From NCBI GenBank assembly GCA_964106915.2, contig OZ066918.1: a stretch of 64,000 bases of DNA; one strand, written 5' to 3'. A program made the position numbers and the translations under genes. This document shows positions 38,816 to 49,800 of the stretch, piece by piece. The first letter of the stretch is position 1, and every line of letters begins with the position of its first letter. This DNA is from Podarcis gaigeae. Lineage: Eukaryota. The notes beneath the pieces were generated by a model. The model ran no database searches. It saw only the letters and a list, made by a program, of their open reading frames with translations, and had not been told where the DNA came from.

Positions 38816-41800
38816 GCAGTGTTGTATTAAGTTGCACTTAAGTTGTATTAAGGCAAGCAGATAAGCCAGGTTCAGAAGCCCAGCTTAGGTTAGTCTCCAA
38901 GGGAGGTACAATGTGACTCGAGTTTCAAGCAATGGCATACAAAAACATGGAGGAAAGGCGTATTATGCCATTTCTCTTCAGGTAGTTTGGACACCTCAAG
39001 AACAGGATGTGAGGCTCAGGGACACTTCTTTTTTGCTTTTACAACACTAGACTACTGCAACACCTCTGAGCCCAGATGCTAAGCCAGCAGGACTTCTGCA
39101 TGCAGGATATATTCAAATTACGTAGCATATTTTTCAGAATGCTTCACAAAGGCTTGGGATTTTATTCACTTAGTTGAAATTTTGAGTCACTTTATCTTAT
39201 GAAGCTCAGCACTTGTTGGAATATCTTAATCATGCAGAAACCATTACTATGGGACAAGTGTGTTCTTGCTGTCCTTACATGGCCTACTGTAGAGTTAGTG
39301 CAGGACTGGGGACTGGGTATGACAAATATCTCCTTATGGCAGTGATCTCTGTTGATTGGGGCTCCCAGTATTAGTGAATCAGAATTTTTCCTAGTCTTTG
39401 AGCTTCTTTCGACTAAATCAAGATTCTTGCATGTCTAGCATTGTGATTGTGGCAGTCATAGATAGCACAGCAGCGGAGTAAGAGGGAAGAAGGAAATGGG
39501 AAATTGTGATTTCTACAGAAGGCATCTCGTGCCAAGGTAGAAAGCATTCTACCAAGGTTATGGATAATGCTATCTCTTATTGCATAGCAGAGCCTAACCT
39601 CCAGTTGTGTATTATCAAATGAATGGGATTAGAGCCTTTTTGTCATAGTGAGTCAGAGTTTCATTTCCTGGCCAGAGTGCATTTTAAATAATGATCTATG
39701 AACATATACACCTTGGCAAGGTATTTGACATGTCCCAGTTCCATTAATGGGTTTAGCAAAAGAAAAAGTTGCTGGCCTCATATGGAAACGATCTGACCGT
39801 TATTGGCTGGTTTGTATAAAAACAGGCACACAAACACACACAAGTTTGAAAATCATTGGTTGACAGGTGCTGTTATCCTGAACGTGTTGTGTTGTGCTGG
39901 TTTTGCTGATACAGAGTGTGTTTATCTGTCCCTTTCACTCCTTCACTCCCTCTGCACAATAAGAAGGCTTCAAAATGTCTGGACAAAAATAGCCACTTTG
40001 AAAGTAGCACAGTGAAGGCCTGGTTGTCCTTGTTTGTTTTCTTTCAGCTATTTCCGGATCAAGTTCTCAATTTACAAGTCAAGAAGTTTCAGGCTGCCAG
40101 CATTGCAAAGACCACCTGAAATATAGAAAGAAGGGGGCACAGGCACACAATAGATGCTTGTGATCAGAATGGAGCTTGGATAAACCAGCACATTCCCTCC
40201 CATGGGTTGCCCTCATTTACAAATGTGTTGTTTTTCTTCCCTTACAATAATATAAGCAGTTTCCTCCTGCAGTGAGCAGTTGAGATGTACCTTAGTGTTT
40301 ACAATTGGAACATGGTGGCTAGCCTTCCTTTCTAAAGCTTTGTGCATTGGATCTCTTGACCGGTTTTCAGTTCACTCATCAATAAGCTCTACCAATATGT
40401 TCAAAGATGGTGGGGGAAAGTTCATTATTACCCTTAATGTATCCTTTAAAAGGAAGCAAGGGACATTTTCTTGATATTGCTCTCTCTACATGAAATTAAT
40501 AGGATAAGAGGAATAAGCCATGGGCATCATCCTCCCAACACGCAAAGATGTCCACACACTAGAGGAACTTTGAAAAAGGGGATAGAGGTGCTCATCTTAC
40601 TGAGCATCACAATAACTATGTAAGGATAATTTTTTTAAAAAAATATTCCCATTTGTTGTTATTCCTCCCCTATTTTACAGATGAAGAGGTCAGATTCATC
40701 AGATTCAATTTTCAAAGAGATGAGATCTCACTGCATTTAAAGTAAGCTCTAGCCTAGCCTTCAAAGCAAATTCTGGGTTTACCTTAGACCCAAGGTTCAT
40801 ATGGGTGTCTTGTTTTTGTTTTGTTAATCTAAGGTAGCCATCTCTTTCTCTGTTCTCATTGGGGGTGGTCAAATTCTTAGGTCTGGTTTGGATATCTGGG
40901 GTTTCCTCTTGATCCATAGTTTGTGATTTTAAAATGTTATAGGAACATGATTTTTTTTTTCAGGGGGGCTGAACATTGTGTAACTATGAAAGTAACCTAA
41001 TTGGTTAAAACAAGGCATCAAGGGAAACTATGAATTATTTTCAGAATCTGGGGTAGATACACATTCCTATGTTTTCATGTGATGGTTCCCTCTATCAAAT
41101 GATCACCTATCTGAGCCCACTGACACTTGAGTTATTGTGATGCACTAACCAATGAGAAGAAACCTCACCTATTCTAAGCATCTTGTGAATATCACATAAA
41201 ACCTAGTGTGAAAATCTATTGTATATGTCCCAGGGTGATCCATAAGACAGCAGCAGCCTCCAGTTTTAGTATAAAGCATTTCCCTCAACCTTTACATTTT
41301 TTTAATGTATACTGTAGTGGTTTGTGACTGCTGTGCTGTGCTTAGCATCTTTCTTCCAATTTTTTGCCTTTTTATCCAGACATATTGCAATTTCTGTACC
41401 CTTTTTATGAGTGCAGGGTGTTACATTGTCGCAAGGTGATTCAAGGTGTGTTTTTCCAGTAAACTGTTATCCAACATACTGCAGCCTCCCTGGATGCCCA
41501 CAGTTCCTGATCGGGGGGGGGGGGGAATGCATAGGAGGAAGGTGTCTTCCCCTGGGCTTGAACTGAAGCTTGGGCACCTGGGAAGTCTATAGAATGTGGA
41601 CCACTGATTATTTTTTGAATTAAAGAAAGGACAATCACAAATATCCCTTTACCACCTCAAAAACATAGGGGTAAAAAACTTGCACCCTACCCACGAGAAT
41701 TTTACAAGCTTTCTCCCCTTAGATACGTTTCAAACACAATTTCTTTTCTAATTGATGAAGAAAAATGTGGGAGAAAATTTTGGTATGAACCCCCTCTTCA

Positions 41801-42689
41801 TTTGCACAACTCTCTGTAGTGCTTTTCACCGAAAGCATTCCAAAGGAGCCATCTACATAAAAATCACTGTCTTGAAGTCTGTTTATGCAGGGCTTGAATA
41901 TAGACCATGTAATCATTTTCTCCCCGCAGAAATTATTCTATGTGTGATTATCACTGTTGCTAGTTGTATATCCTTGTTTGTAATTTGCCATAGTAATTCG
42001 GCTGTTGGCAGTGATACTTGCTACATATTTCCTATGTAGGGTGGGATTCCACCCTACTGCTAATTGCAATGCCATTTTCTGCAAGGCACTTGCACCCAAC
42101 AGCATATGTTACTGATGCTGTCATCCCATGAAGTAAGGACTGCTCATGCCATTATTTGATTTAATGTTGTTATGGTTTGCTTTTTTATTGCTTTGTTTAT
42201 ATTTCATGTTAAATATTTTATTGGGTTACAAAAGTACATACATGGTTTCTATTTTCAGATCATAAAGTCTTTCTACAGATCAGTTATATCCAATGTGAGA
42301 CATGGATGTTTTATACAGTATAAGGGTTTATTTTTCACGTTGTCCCCCATTCTGGGATTGATTTAATGAAGAGTGGGTTTAAAGTCACCTAATTAAATAA
42401 AATTACCGTACATTTGCACTCAGGGAAATGGCTCCCACAAAGTCAGTCTTGAGTTTCCGTATATTCCAAAAGATATTGTAATATTTTAATCTATATGCGT
42501 GACTCCTTCCAGAAACCATGAATGGCAAGATTCCAGAATACAGCGGAGTTCTGTGGCAGTCATTGGGCATGTCTAATTAGCATCAACTGGAACACTTTAC
42601 TTATTTGCACACACAGTATACTCACTGATATGTATCACAGAAGTGCCAAGTGCCCATAAAAGGTAAATATAAAGTTGATAGTGGATGGA

Positions 42690-43020
42690 GTGGAGTTCAA
42701 CATCACAGTACCCAATAGATGCAACCTGACCTGTTATTTGGGTGCTCCTGATAGAATTAGTATGATTGTAGAGCTTGCTGCTGTGAATCATGCACCTTGG
42801 GCATCATTACACTTATTTATCTTTTGTTCCAGGCTAAACATGCCCATCTCCTCCAAACTCTCCTCCTCAGACGCCAAGTCCCTCACCATCTTTGATACCC
42901 TTCTCTGGACATGGCCTAGTTTGTTGGTATCTTCCTTAGACTGGACACAGTTGAGGTGAGGTATGACCAAAGCAGAATAGAGTGGTGCTATTACTTTTGT
43001 TGCTGCAGCTTAAATTGTAG
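42690..43020 (-). mobile_element. CR1 LINE fragment
   Basis: Minus-strand ORF relic [12 protein letters not shown]...[11 protein letters not shown], typical of the CR1 ORF2 C-terminus. Confidence 0.75.
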
Positions 43021-44187
43021 CCAACTGTTTAGCTGTTGCCAGGGACGTTAGGTCTTCAGAAGGATTCAAAGCACAAGTCCATGATATAGATTTGCACAAA
43101 AGTTTTCTTTCCTAAGTTATATACATGCATGTAATCTTAGGTCTACTTTCAGAGTGAAGGGAAAGGGCAGAAGACCTGAAGTGTGCAAAAGACCCAGGGC
43201 TCAGCTCCCCCAGATCACCTCCTAACAGTACCTTAGACTCTTACATAGCATTGCTAGCTCATGTAGAGACAGTAGCTTAGTAAAAGCCCTTGTTCCTTTT
43301 TTCTGAACTTGCTGCTGTGAAGCCAAGTGTCACCAGTCTTACCCTTGTGCACCTGATTATTTTGGGAATTTCTACCTTTTGGAGCTAAAATGGTAAATTT
43401 ATTTTTCTGCTGTTGCGAGTTAATTTCGCCTGCTCAGCACAATATGCAAGAGTTGGCCATCTTTTTGTCATACAGACAACATATTATTCCTTAGCACTTC
43501 AGTCCTAGTAACATTGTGCCCTGCTTGAGATTTTTCTGTTCTCTTGCATGCACAACTCATTATCGACGTCTGAGCTACAGTGGCAGCTGTTCCATTAGGA
43601 TGAATGTGGCACTGCCCCACCAGCCTAAGTCTGCCCTCAGCCAGCCCTCCCCTACCCATCTGCCTGCCTTCTAACTTAACAACCAGTCTAGAGGGTGGCA
43701 TTGCCTGTCAGCTTCCTCCTCCTTGGTCTCAGTGTTGCCCTTGCAGAACTCAACAGGGAGGAGGATAAGACTGAAATTAGATATCACTAGCTCCATTGGC
43801 TCTGGCTCCACCTACTGCTGGCCTCCCTACCTTCTGCCCTACCAGCCCCACTGGGCACCAGCCACCAACAATGATAAAGACAATAAGATTGATTTGGGTG
43901 TGGGTGCGGGTGCAGATGCTATGCCTCCAAGCAAAACATGAAAATCCTAAAGTAGCCTTTTTTCTGTTCTCAACTACAAGACACCGCAGCACTGAAAGTT
44001 ACTTTGGCTATGTTGCAGCCAGCCTGCTACTGAATAGCTCGCAGGTTGATACCAGAATAAAGAGTATATGGCAATTAGAAATTAATCCCTTGTGGTTCTT
44101 CAGAGGGCTGTCTCATTCTGTTGGGCAGCCTCATCTGAAATCCACAAGGAATACATATTGAGATTCCAGTTGCTTTATACAAGGGGT

Positions 44188-44869
44188 GTTGTTGTTTAGT
44201 CGTGTCCGACTCTTTGTGACCCCATGGACCAGAGCATGCCAGGCACTCCTGTCTTCCACTGCCTCCTGCAGCTTGGTCAAACTCATGTTCGTAGCTTCGA
44301 GAACACTGTCTAACCATCTTGTCCTCTCTCGTCCCCTTCTCCTTGTGCCGTCAATCTTTCCCAACATCAGGGGCTTTTCCAGGGAATCTTCTTATAATGT
44401 GGCCAAAGTATTGGAGCCTCAGCTTTGGGATCTTTCCTTCCAGTGAGCACTCAGGGCTGATATCCTTAAGAATGGATAGGTTTGATCTTCTTGCAGTCCA
44501 TGGGACTCTCAAGAGTCTCCTCCAGCACCATAATTCAAAAGCATCAATTCTTCGGCGATCAGCCTTCTTTATGGTCCAGCTCTCACTTCCATACATCACT
44601 ATTGGGAAAACCATAGTTTTAACTATGTGGGCCTTTGTTGGCAAGGTGATGTCTCTGCTTTTTAAGATGCTGTCTAGGTTTGTCATTGCATTTCTCCCAA
44701 GAAGCAGGCGTCTTTTAATTTCACGACTGCTGTCACCATCTGCAGTGATCATGGAACCCAAGAAAGTAAAATCTCTCACTGCCTCCATTTCTTTCCCTTC
44801 TATTTGCCAGGAGGTGATGGGACCAGTGGCCATGATCTTAGTTTTTTTGATGTTGGGCTTCAGACCATA
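44188..44869 (-). mobile_element. BovB (RTE) LINE, 5'-truncated, with 14-bp TSD
   Basis: ORF GLKPNIKKTKIMATGPITSWQIEG...IDAFELWCWRRLLRVPWTARRSNLSILK...GKIDGTRRRGRERTRWLDSV is typical BovB. (CAA)n tail; TTTATACAAGGGGT duplicated at 44174-44187 and 44870-44883; one frameshift near 44390. Confidence 0.95.
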
Positions 44870-45002
44870 TTTATACAAGGGGTAGAGGGGTGCAAATCAA
44901 GCAATGAGCAACTTAAATAGTCCATGTTAGGAATGTGAATTAACATGCAAGTAAAGGTGGAGTTTCAAAGGCTTGTAGGTCTCCTTCCAGCAACACCTGC
45001 AG

Positions 45003-45197
45003 CTAAGCTGGTGCCAAGCATATTGCTCTGCTTTTGTTTGGACCACATTAGCGAGGCTGAGACAGGGGTCTTGTCATTTGAACAGCCCAGGACCTCCATA
45101 CACACTGCACAGCCTTGCACCCCAGGGAGGTCACATCGGTGCTGCTAACTTTGACTTCACCCCTGGAGGCTCTCCGGACAGTTGGATGCCAGCAACA
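45003..45197 (+). mobile_element. Retroposon 3'-end fragment, possibly RTE-type
   Basis: Body resembles a recurrent squamate repeat as recalled, ending ggacagttggatgcc followed by a (CAA)-like tail. Family uncertain. Confidence 0.4.
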
Positions 45198-45449
45198 AGG
45201 GGGGGGGTTGGGGGGCAGTAGCAATGCAGGCCCAACTGCAGACCCTTATTAGGGCTGCTAATCTAACCACGTCTAATTAGGAGTCGGCCCCAAAGAATTC
45301 AATCGGGTTTACTCCCAGGTAAATGGGAGTTGATTGCATCCTAATCTCCCTTCCACTCGCCAGCCCAAGAACAGCAGTCCCCAAAGGGAGCCGGTTGTGC
45401 TGTCTTCTTAGAGAGATCTGTTTCTCGAGGAGATCTCTGCCTTTCTTTT

Positions 45450-46100
45450 CTCGCCCGTCCCCGGGGAACTTCTCCCCACCCCTCAGCGGCTCGCAAAGTC
45501 GTTATTTCTGAAGGGGGCGGAGCTGCCCGGGCTAAGCTTCCTCGGCCGCCCAGCGCCCCCTCGGGGCTTGGGCGTGGAGAGGTGATGGCCCACTCCCCTT
45601 TCGGATCTCCTGTCCGGGGGAAGACCGGGCCCCCTCCTCCCCTCCGCGGGCGGCAAGCAGAGCCCAGCCCTCCTGCCTCCCGACCGGCCGCCCCCTCCTC
45701 CTCCTCCTCCAGCCCCTCGCCTTGTTCGGCGCGGAGTGCAGATCGCGGCAGCAGGAGGCGAAGCCGAGAAGGCAGGGGAAGGGAGCTTCGCGCCCAGCCG
45801 CTCGCTCGCTCGCCTCTCTGCCCCAGCCGGCCCGCCGCCTTCTGCCTGCCTCCTCCTTCCTTCCTTCCCCCGGGGCGGCTGCAGAAGCAGCAGCAGCTGC
45901 ACCAAGGAGCGTTGCCAAGGATCCGCCGCTGTTGGGCACGAAGCGGGGGCCGAAGAGAACCGCGCAGCGGCGACTCGGGTGTAGGGACGAGGGAAAAGGA
46001 GGCAGGCAGGCATATAGACACACGAGCACGCGGGACACCGCGCCGGGGATCCGCACCGGGACTGCAAAACTTGATCCGCCTTTAGGAGGGAGAAGGGGGG
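45450..46100 (+). promoter_or_regulatory. CpG island promoter of SH3PXD2A
   Basis: Strongly GC/CpG-rich, with a GC box (GGGGGCGGAG near 45513) and CCT/GCTC runs, directly upstream of the SH3PXD2A start exon. Confidence 0.85.
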
Positions 46101-46277
46101 ACCGAATAGAGACTCCCTCCCATCCATATAAATGCAGCCTTGGACCAGAAGGAATCCCCTTAGTCCCACCAGAATATAAGAGCCGAGCTCCTTTGAAAGT
46201 GGCCGAAGACCATTTCTGCCCTTTCCTCCCTTCCAGGCGGAGGATCGAGAGCGGTGTGACCAGGCTCTCCAAGATTG

Positions 46278-46281
<4 letters not shown>

Positions 46282-46330
<49 letters not shown>
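46282..46330. repeat. (AT)24 microsatellite
   Basis: Perfect alternating AT run between the CpG island and the SH3PXD2A ATG. Confidence 0.98.
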
Positions 46331-46331
<1 letters not shown>

Positions 46332-46546
46332 TTAAGGACATCTCCTTCTGTTGAAGCTTGGGGAAGTTTTGCTTCTCTTCTGGTGCCAGCAACGAAGAAA
46401 AGAAAAAAAAGGGGGGGAGAGAAGGGAAGGCACCAGCTTCCTAGGAAATCCTTCTTGAGCGCCAAGGAGCCATCCTGAAAGAATAAGCACACTCATCATA
46501 ATACAAGGATACATCTGGACTCTGTTTGCATTTCCTGGGGACGAAG

Positions 46547-46618
46547 ATGCTGTCCTACAGCGTGCTGGATGCTAATGTGGTGGACGTGGAAAAAAGGCGA
46601 AACCCATCCAAACATTAT
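46547..46618 (+). CDS. SH3PXD2A: SH3 and PX domain-containing protein 2A (TKS5), first coding exon
   Basis: MLSYSVLDANVVDVEKRRNPSKHY, the start of the PX domain; 72 nt; Kozak AAGATG; donor TAT|GTGAGT. Synteny with STN1 and SLK agrees. Exon 2 not found in the window. Confidence 0.95.
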
Positions 46619-46710
46619 GTGAGTACACAGATGGGGGCTGAATAATGCTTGCATGGGAGGGGGTGCCATTAATGTCCAATTGTGGCAAGGCTGCATGTCC
46701 TGGCAATGGG

Positions 46711-46811
46711 CAAAACAAAAAAAAATTCCTTCCAGTAGCACCTTAAAGACCAACTAAGTTAGTTCTTGGTATGAGCTTTCGTGTGCATGCACACTTCTTC
46801 AGATACACACT
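46711..46811 (-). mobile_element. Short Penelope-like element terminal fragment with 10-bp TSD
   Basis: TGGCAATGGG is duplicated at 46701-46710 and 46812-46821. The insert carries the reptile Penelope terminal pattern (gtagcaccttaaagaccaac...gagctttcg...cttcttcagat). Confidence 0.8.
46769..46806 (-). ncRNA. Minimal type I hammerhead ribozyme motif of a Penelope-like element
   Basis: Minus strand reads GUAU-CUGAAGA-A-GUGUG-CAUG-CACAC-GAAA-GC-UC-AUAC: complete core, stem I GUAU/AUAC, stem II GUGUG/CACAC, palindromic AGCU in place of stem III. Confidence 0.8.
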
Positions 46812-49800
46812 TGGCAATGGGTGTCATTCTTGAAGCATTTTACAAGGCTGGCTGTTTGGGTTTGCAAAGAGCCAGAGAAATGATTTGGGATAGGGTTTCT
46901 GAGTGTGTGCTGTGCCCCACTGATGAACTTTATGAAGCACCTTTACCACCAAGGAAGAAGGTGAGCATAGGGGTTTTTGCAAGCATTTCAGTTTGGTGCA
47001 ATCGTGTCTTTCGGGTGCAGTGTTGTGTAACATAGCCTATATAAGGAGGACACTGTTTGGAACAGGCTGCGCCTTCCCAGGTGGTCTGAAAAGCACACAG
47101 GATGAGTATATGGGTGTTGATTTGTTTTGTTTTTTAAAGAGCTCCTCTCCTTCAATTTAAAATCAGTTTTGCAGGCTGTTTTAAATAATCCTGCTGCAAA
47201 CAAAGTTCCTCTGCCACATCTTTGCTTGTTTTTGATGAGCATTGGTAGCATGCTAGGATTTGGGTGGAGTGTTTGGTGCAGGACAGACATGAACTAGACT
47301 AGATGATGCTTAACTCCTCTCCAGCCCTGAGTCTATAATGGCAGTCCCAGTTTATTCATGCACAAGAATGTTGCCCTCTGGTCAAATTGGCTGACCATTT
47401 TTTGCCCTTTCCGTGGAGCAGGAGGCACATGTGGTGTTATTTTGAGCCATCTGGGCTTGTCTGACCCAACTTATTATTTTGACCTGGATGCACATTTGGC
47501 AGGGGTGTCCCTCAGTTCCTCATAAACAATCAGTTCTGCTATTCTGGAAGACTGCTTACATTCTCCTGCCCCTGACCTGAGCCTTAGAGGGCTTTTGCAC
47601 ATTGGAGCAAAAGGTAGACTTGCACTTTTCTATCTTCCCATTAATGTAGGGACGTCCACATGATGCCCTCCCCATTGCCCTGAACCTTCCATCCTTTTAA
47701 TACAGGTGTTTTTTTTAAATCCTTGGAAAGTCTGAAATGATCAGGCTGGAGAAACACCTGCATGTAGCGGGGAGAGGTCCAGGAAAACATTGGGATGGGG
47801 GTGAAGTCTTGCGGGTTCACCTATGTTAATGGGGAGACTGGTAGGTGCAAATCCAAGCCCACAGAAAGACAGTGGTTAGGGCATTTCTTCCCAGAGCATT
47901 TTGGAATAGCTGCTTAAGGACCTTGAATTTGTCCTAGGTGGGTGTCCCATTTTCTCTGTTACGCTTTATTGGCAAAATTCGTTGCTTGACTTTCTCATTA
48001 GAGATCCAAGGCAGTGACCGTACATGAACCCTCGGTTTCTTCTCTTTAGCTGAGCCAGCTCAATCAATGTGCAGTGCTGGTTGTGCTCCTGGGCGGTGCA
48101 GGCCAGGACACGGACATAGTCACTGCAGGACAAACCTCAGTGAAAAGATCCGAAGAGGATGAAAATGTTAGTCACTACGACATGGGACTAACTGAGGGCC
48201 ATATATGCTTTCAGATCTATTGGCCCCAATATTTGAAAGTACCAAGGGTGGTAAATCTGTTATCCTTTCCTTGCCAGTAGGTAAGGACTATATATTTTAG
48301 GTTAATTCTCATAGGGTGATATTCTGCTAATCAGTGCAAGGATTTATGGGCAGTAGGACTTTCATGTTTTCCCAACCCTGTGCTCTCTCAACAGCCTCCC
48401 AAAATCTCCTCCAGAGGGTTGGGGGAACCCCTAGAACAGATTTAGGAGACATGCGGGGGGGGGGGGGGAATGCAAGCAGAAATAATTTCATGGATGAAAC
48501 AATTGCCTTAATGCCATGTTGCACTCCACCAATAATATTTTCATGGAACTCCAAACTCTGTTTTGGATGTGGGCGAAGTGTTTTGCTGGAGCTGCATACT
48601 ATTTTGCTGGTGTTCCATACTTACAATTTCCCACCAGCTTTGACTACTGAACACAAGCTGGTAACTGAGACCAGAGAATAGTTTTCCCCCTCCAACTGTT
48701 CACTGACAGGTATCAAGGGAATTTGTTTAATCCTACAGATTTCAACACTAAACTTTGTCATGTTGTCATCATCCGTTTTGAATAGAAGTGAAATAGTAGA
48801 TGAGGCAAGGAGTAATCACAGCCTTGGAGAACGACAAAAAGGCAGGAGTTCTTGCGTCAGCCCTCCTTACCAGTCCTCTAGACCTGACAGCCAAGTCATG
48901 CACAAGAGTGGATATAAAGAGCATTATTAGTATTGGCATCTTTCTCCATATTTCTGCCAAGGACCCTGTGGAAGTAGCCTATCAGATGTGCAGCTTGCTT
49001 TTTGTGAATTCAACCTTAAATGACATTATTTTTCACAAGGTTCAGTTTGCCAAGTTAACCAGGATCTACTTGTAATCTGGTTCATTTTAAAGCTCAGCTT
49101 TGCTCCGGACAGCAAAACGTATTGGGCTGGTATTACCACCAGTGTTTCAGCAGACAGTCTTAAATTGAAAACTGCTGGTGTAAGGGAAGGGCTTTTCTGA
49201 TTATTAGGCTAAAAATATATCTAGCCAAGCATTCTGCTTCACACATTGACTAACCAGAAAACCCACTAACCACACAGCCTGAAGGCCATAGCTGGCTCCT
49301 CCTATTGTGCTTACCCGGTAGACTGCCATTAAATTTGAAGGTTCTATTAGTCTTGGCAAATCGCTGCTGGTAGACTTATTCTCCGTTAATATAGCTGATC
49401 TCTCCTTAAAACAATTGAAGCCAGTGGCTATCACTTGTCTACTCTTTGCTCTAAGAACTAAAATGCATAACATATTCAGCAGTTATGATACAAGATGCAG
49501 TGCCAGCCATAGAAGTGAACGAGGACAAAGGGTGGTATTATGTCATACAGTTGTTCAGTTCTTTGGTAGTTTGTGCCATAGACAGCGAGTATTGTGGGTG
49601 ATATTCACATATCTCGGTGTAAGTATGAGACAGTTCTGTGTCACACTGGGTACTATCAGGTTGTGTTCTTATCTACACTTACCTGGAAGTAAGCATGTTA
49701 ATAGTCAGTTGGACTGACTTTTAAAATGTTTACAGTTTGAGATCCTTCAAGTTCAAAGCAAGTATTTTTCATGTGTAAAACAAGCAAACAACCCTCAGTT

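Noticed and set aside
44319-44885. 188-aa plus-strand ORF
   Set aside because: Antisense frame of the BovB ORF, not an independent gene.
45341-46392. ORFs of 167-286 aa around the SH3PXD2A promoter
   Set aside because: By-products of the CpG island and the (AT)n run (IYIYIY); no recognisable protein.
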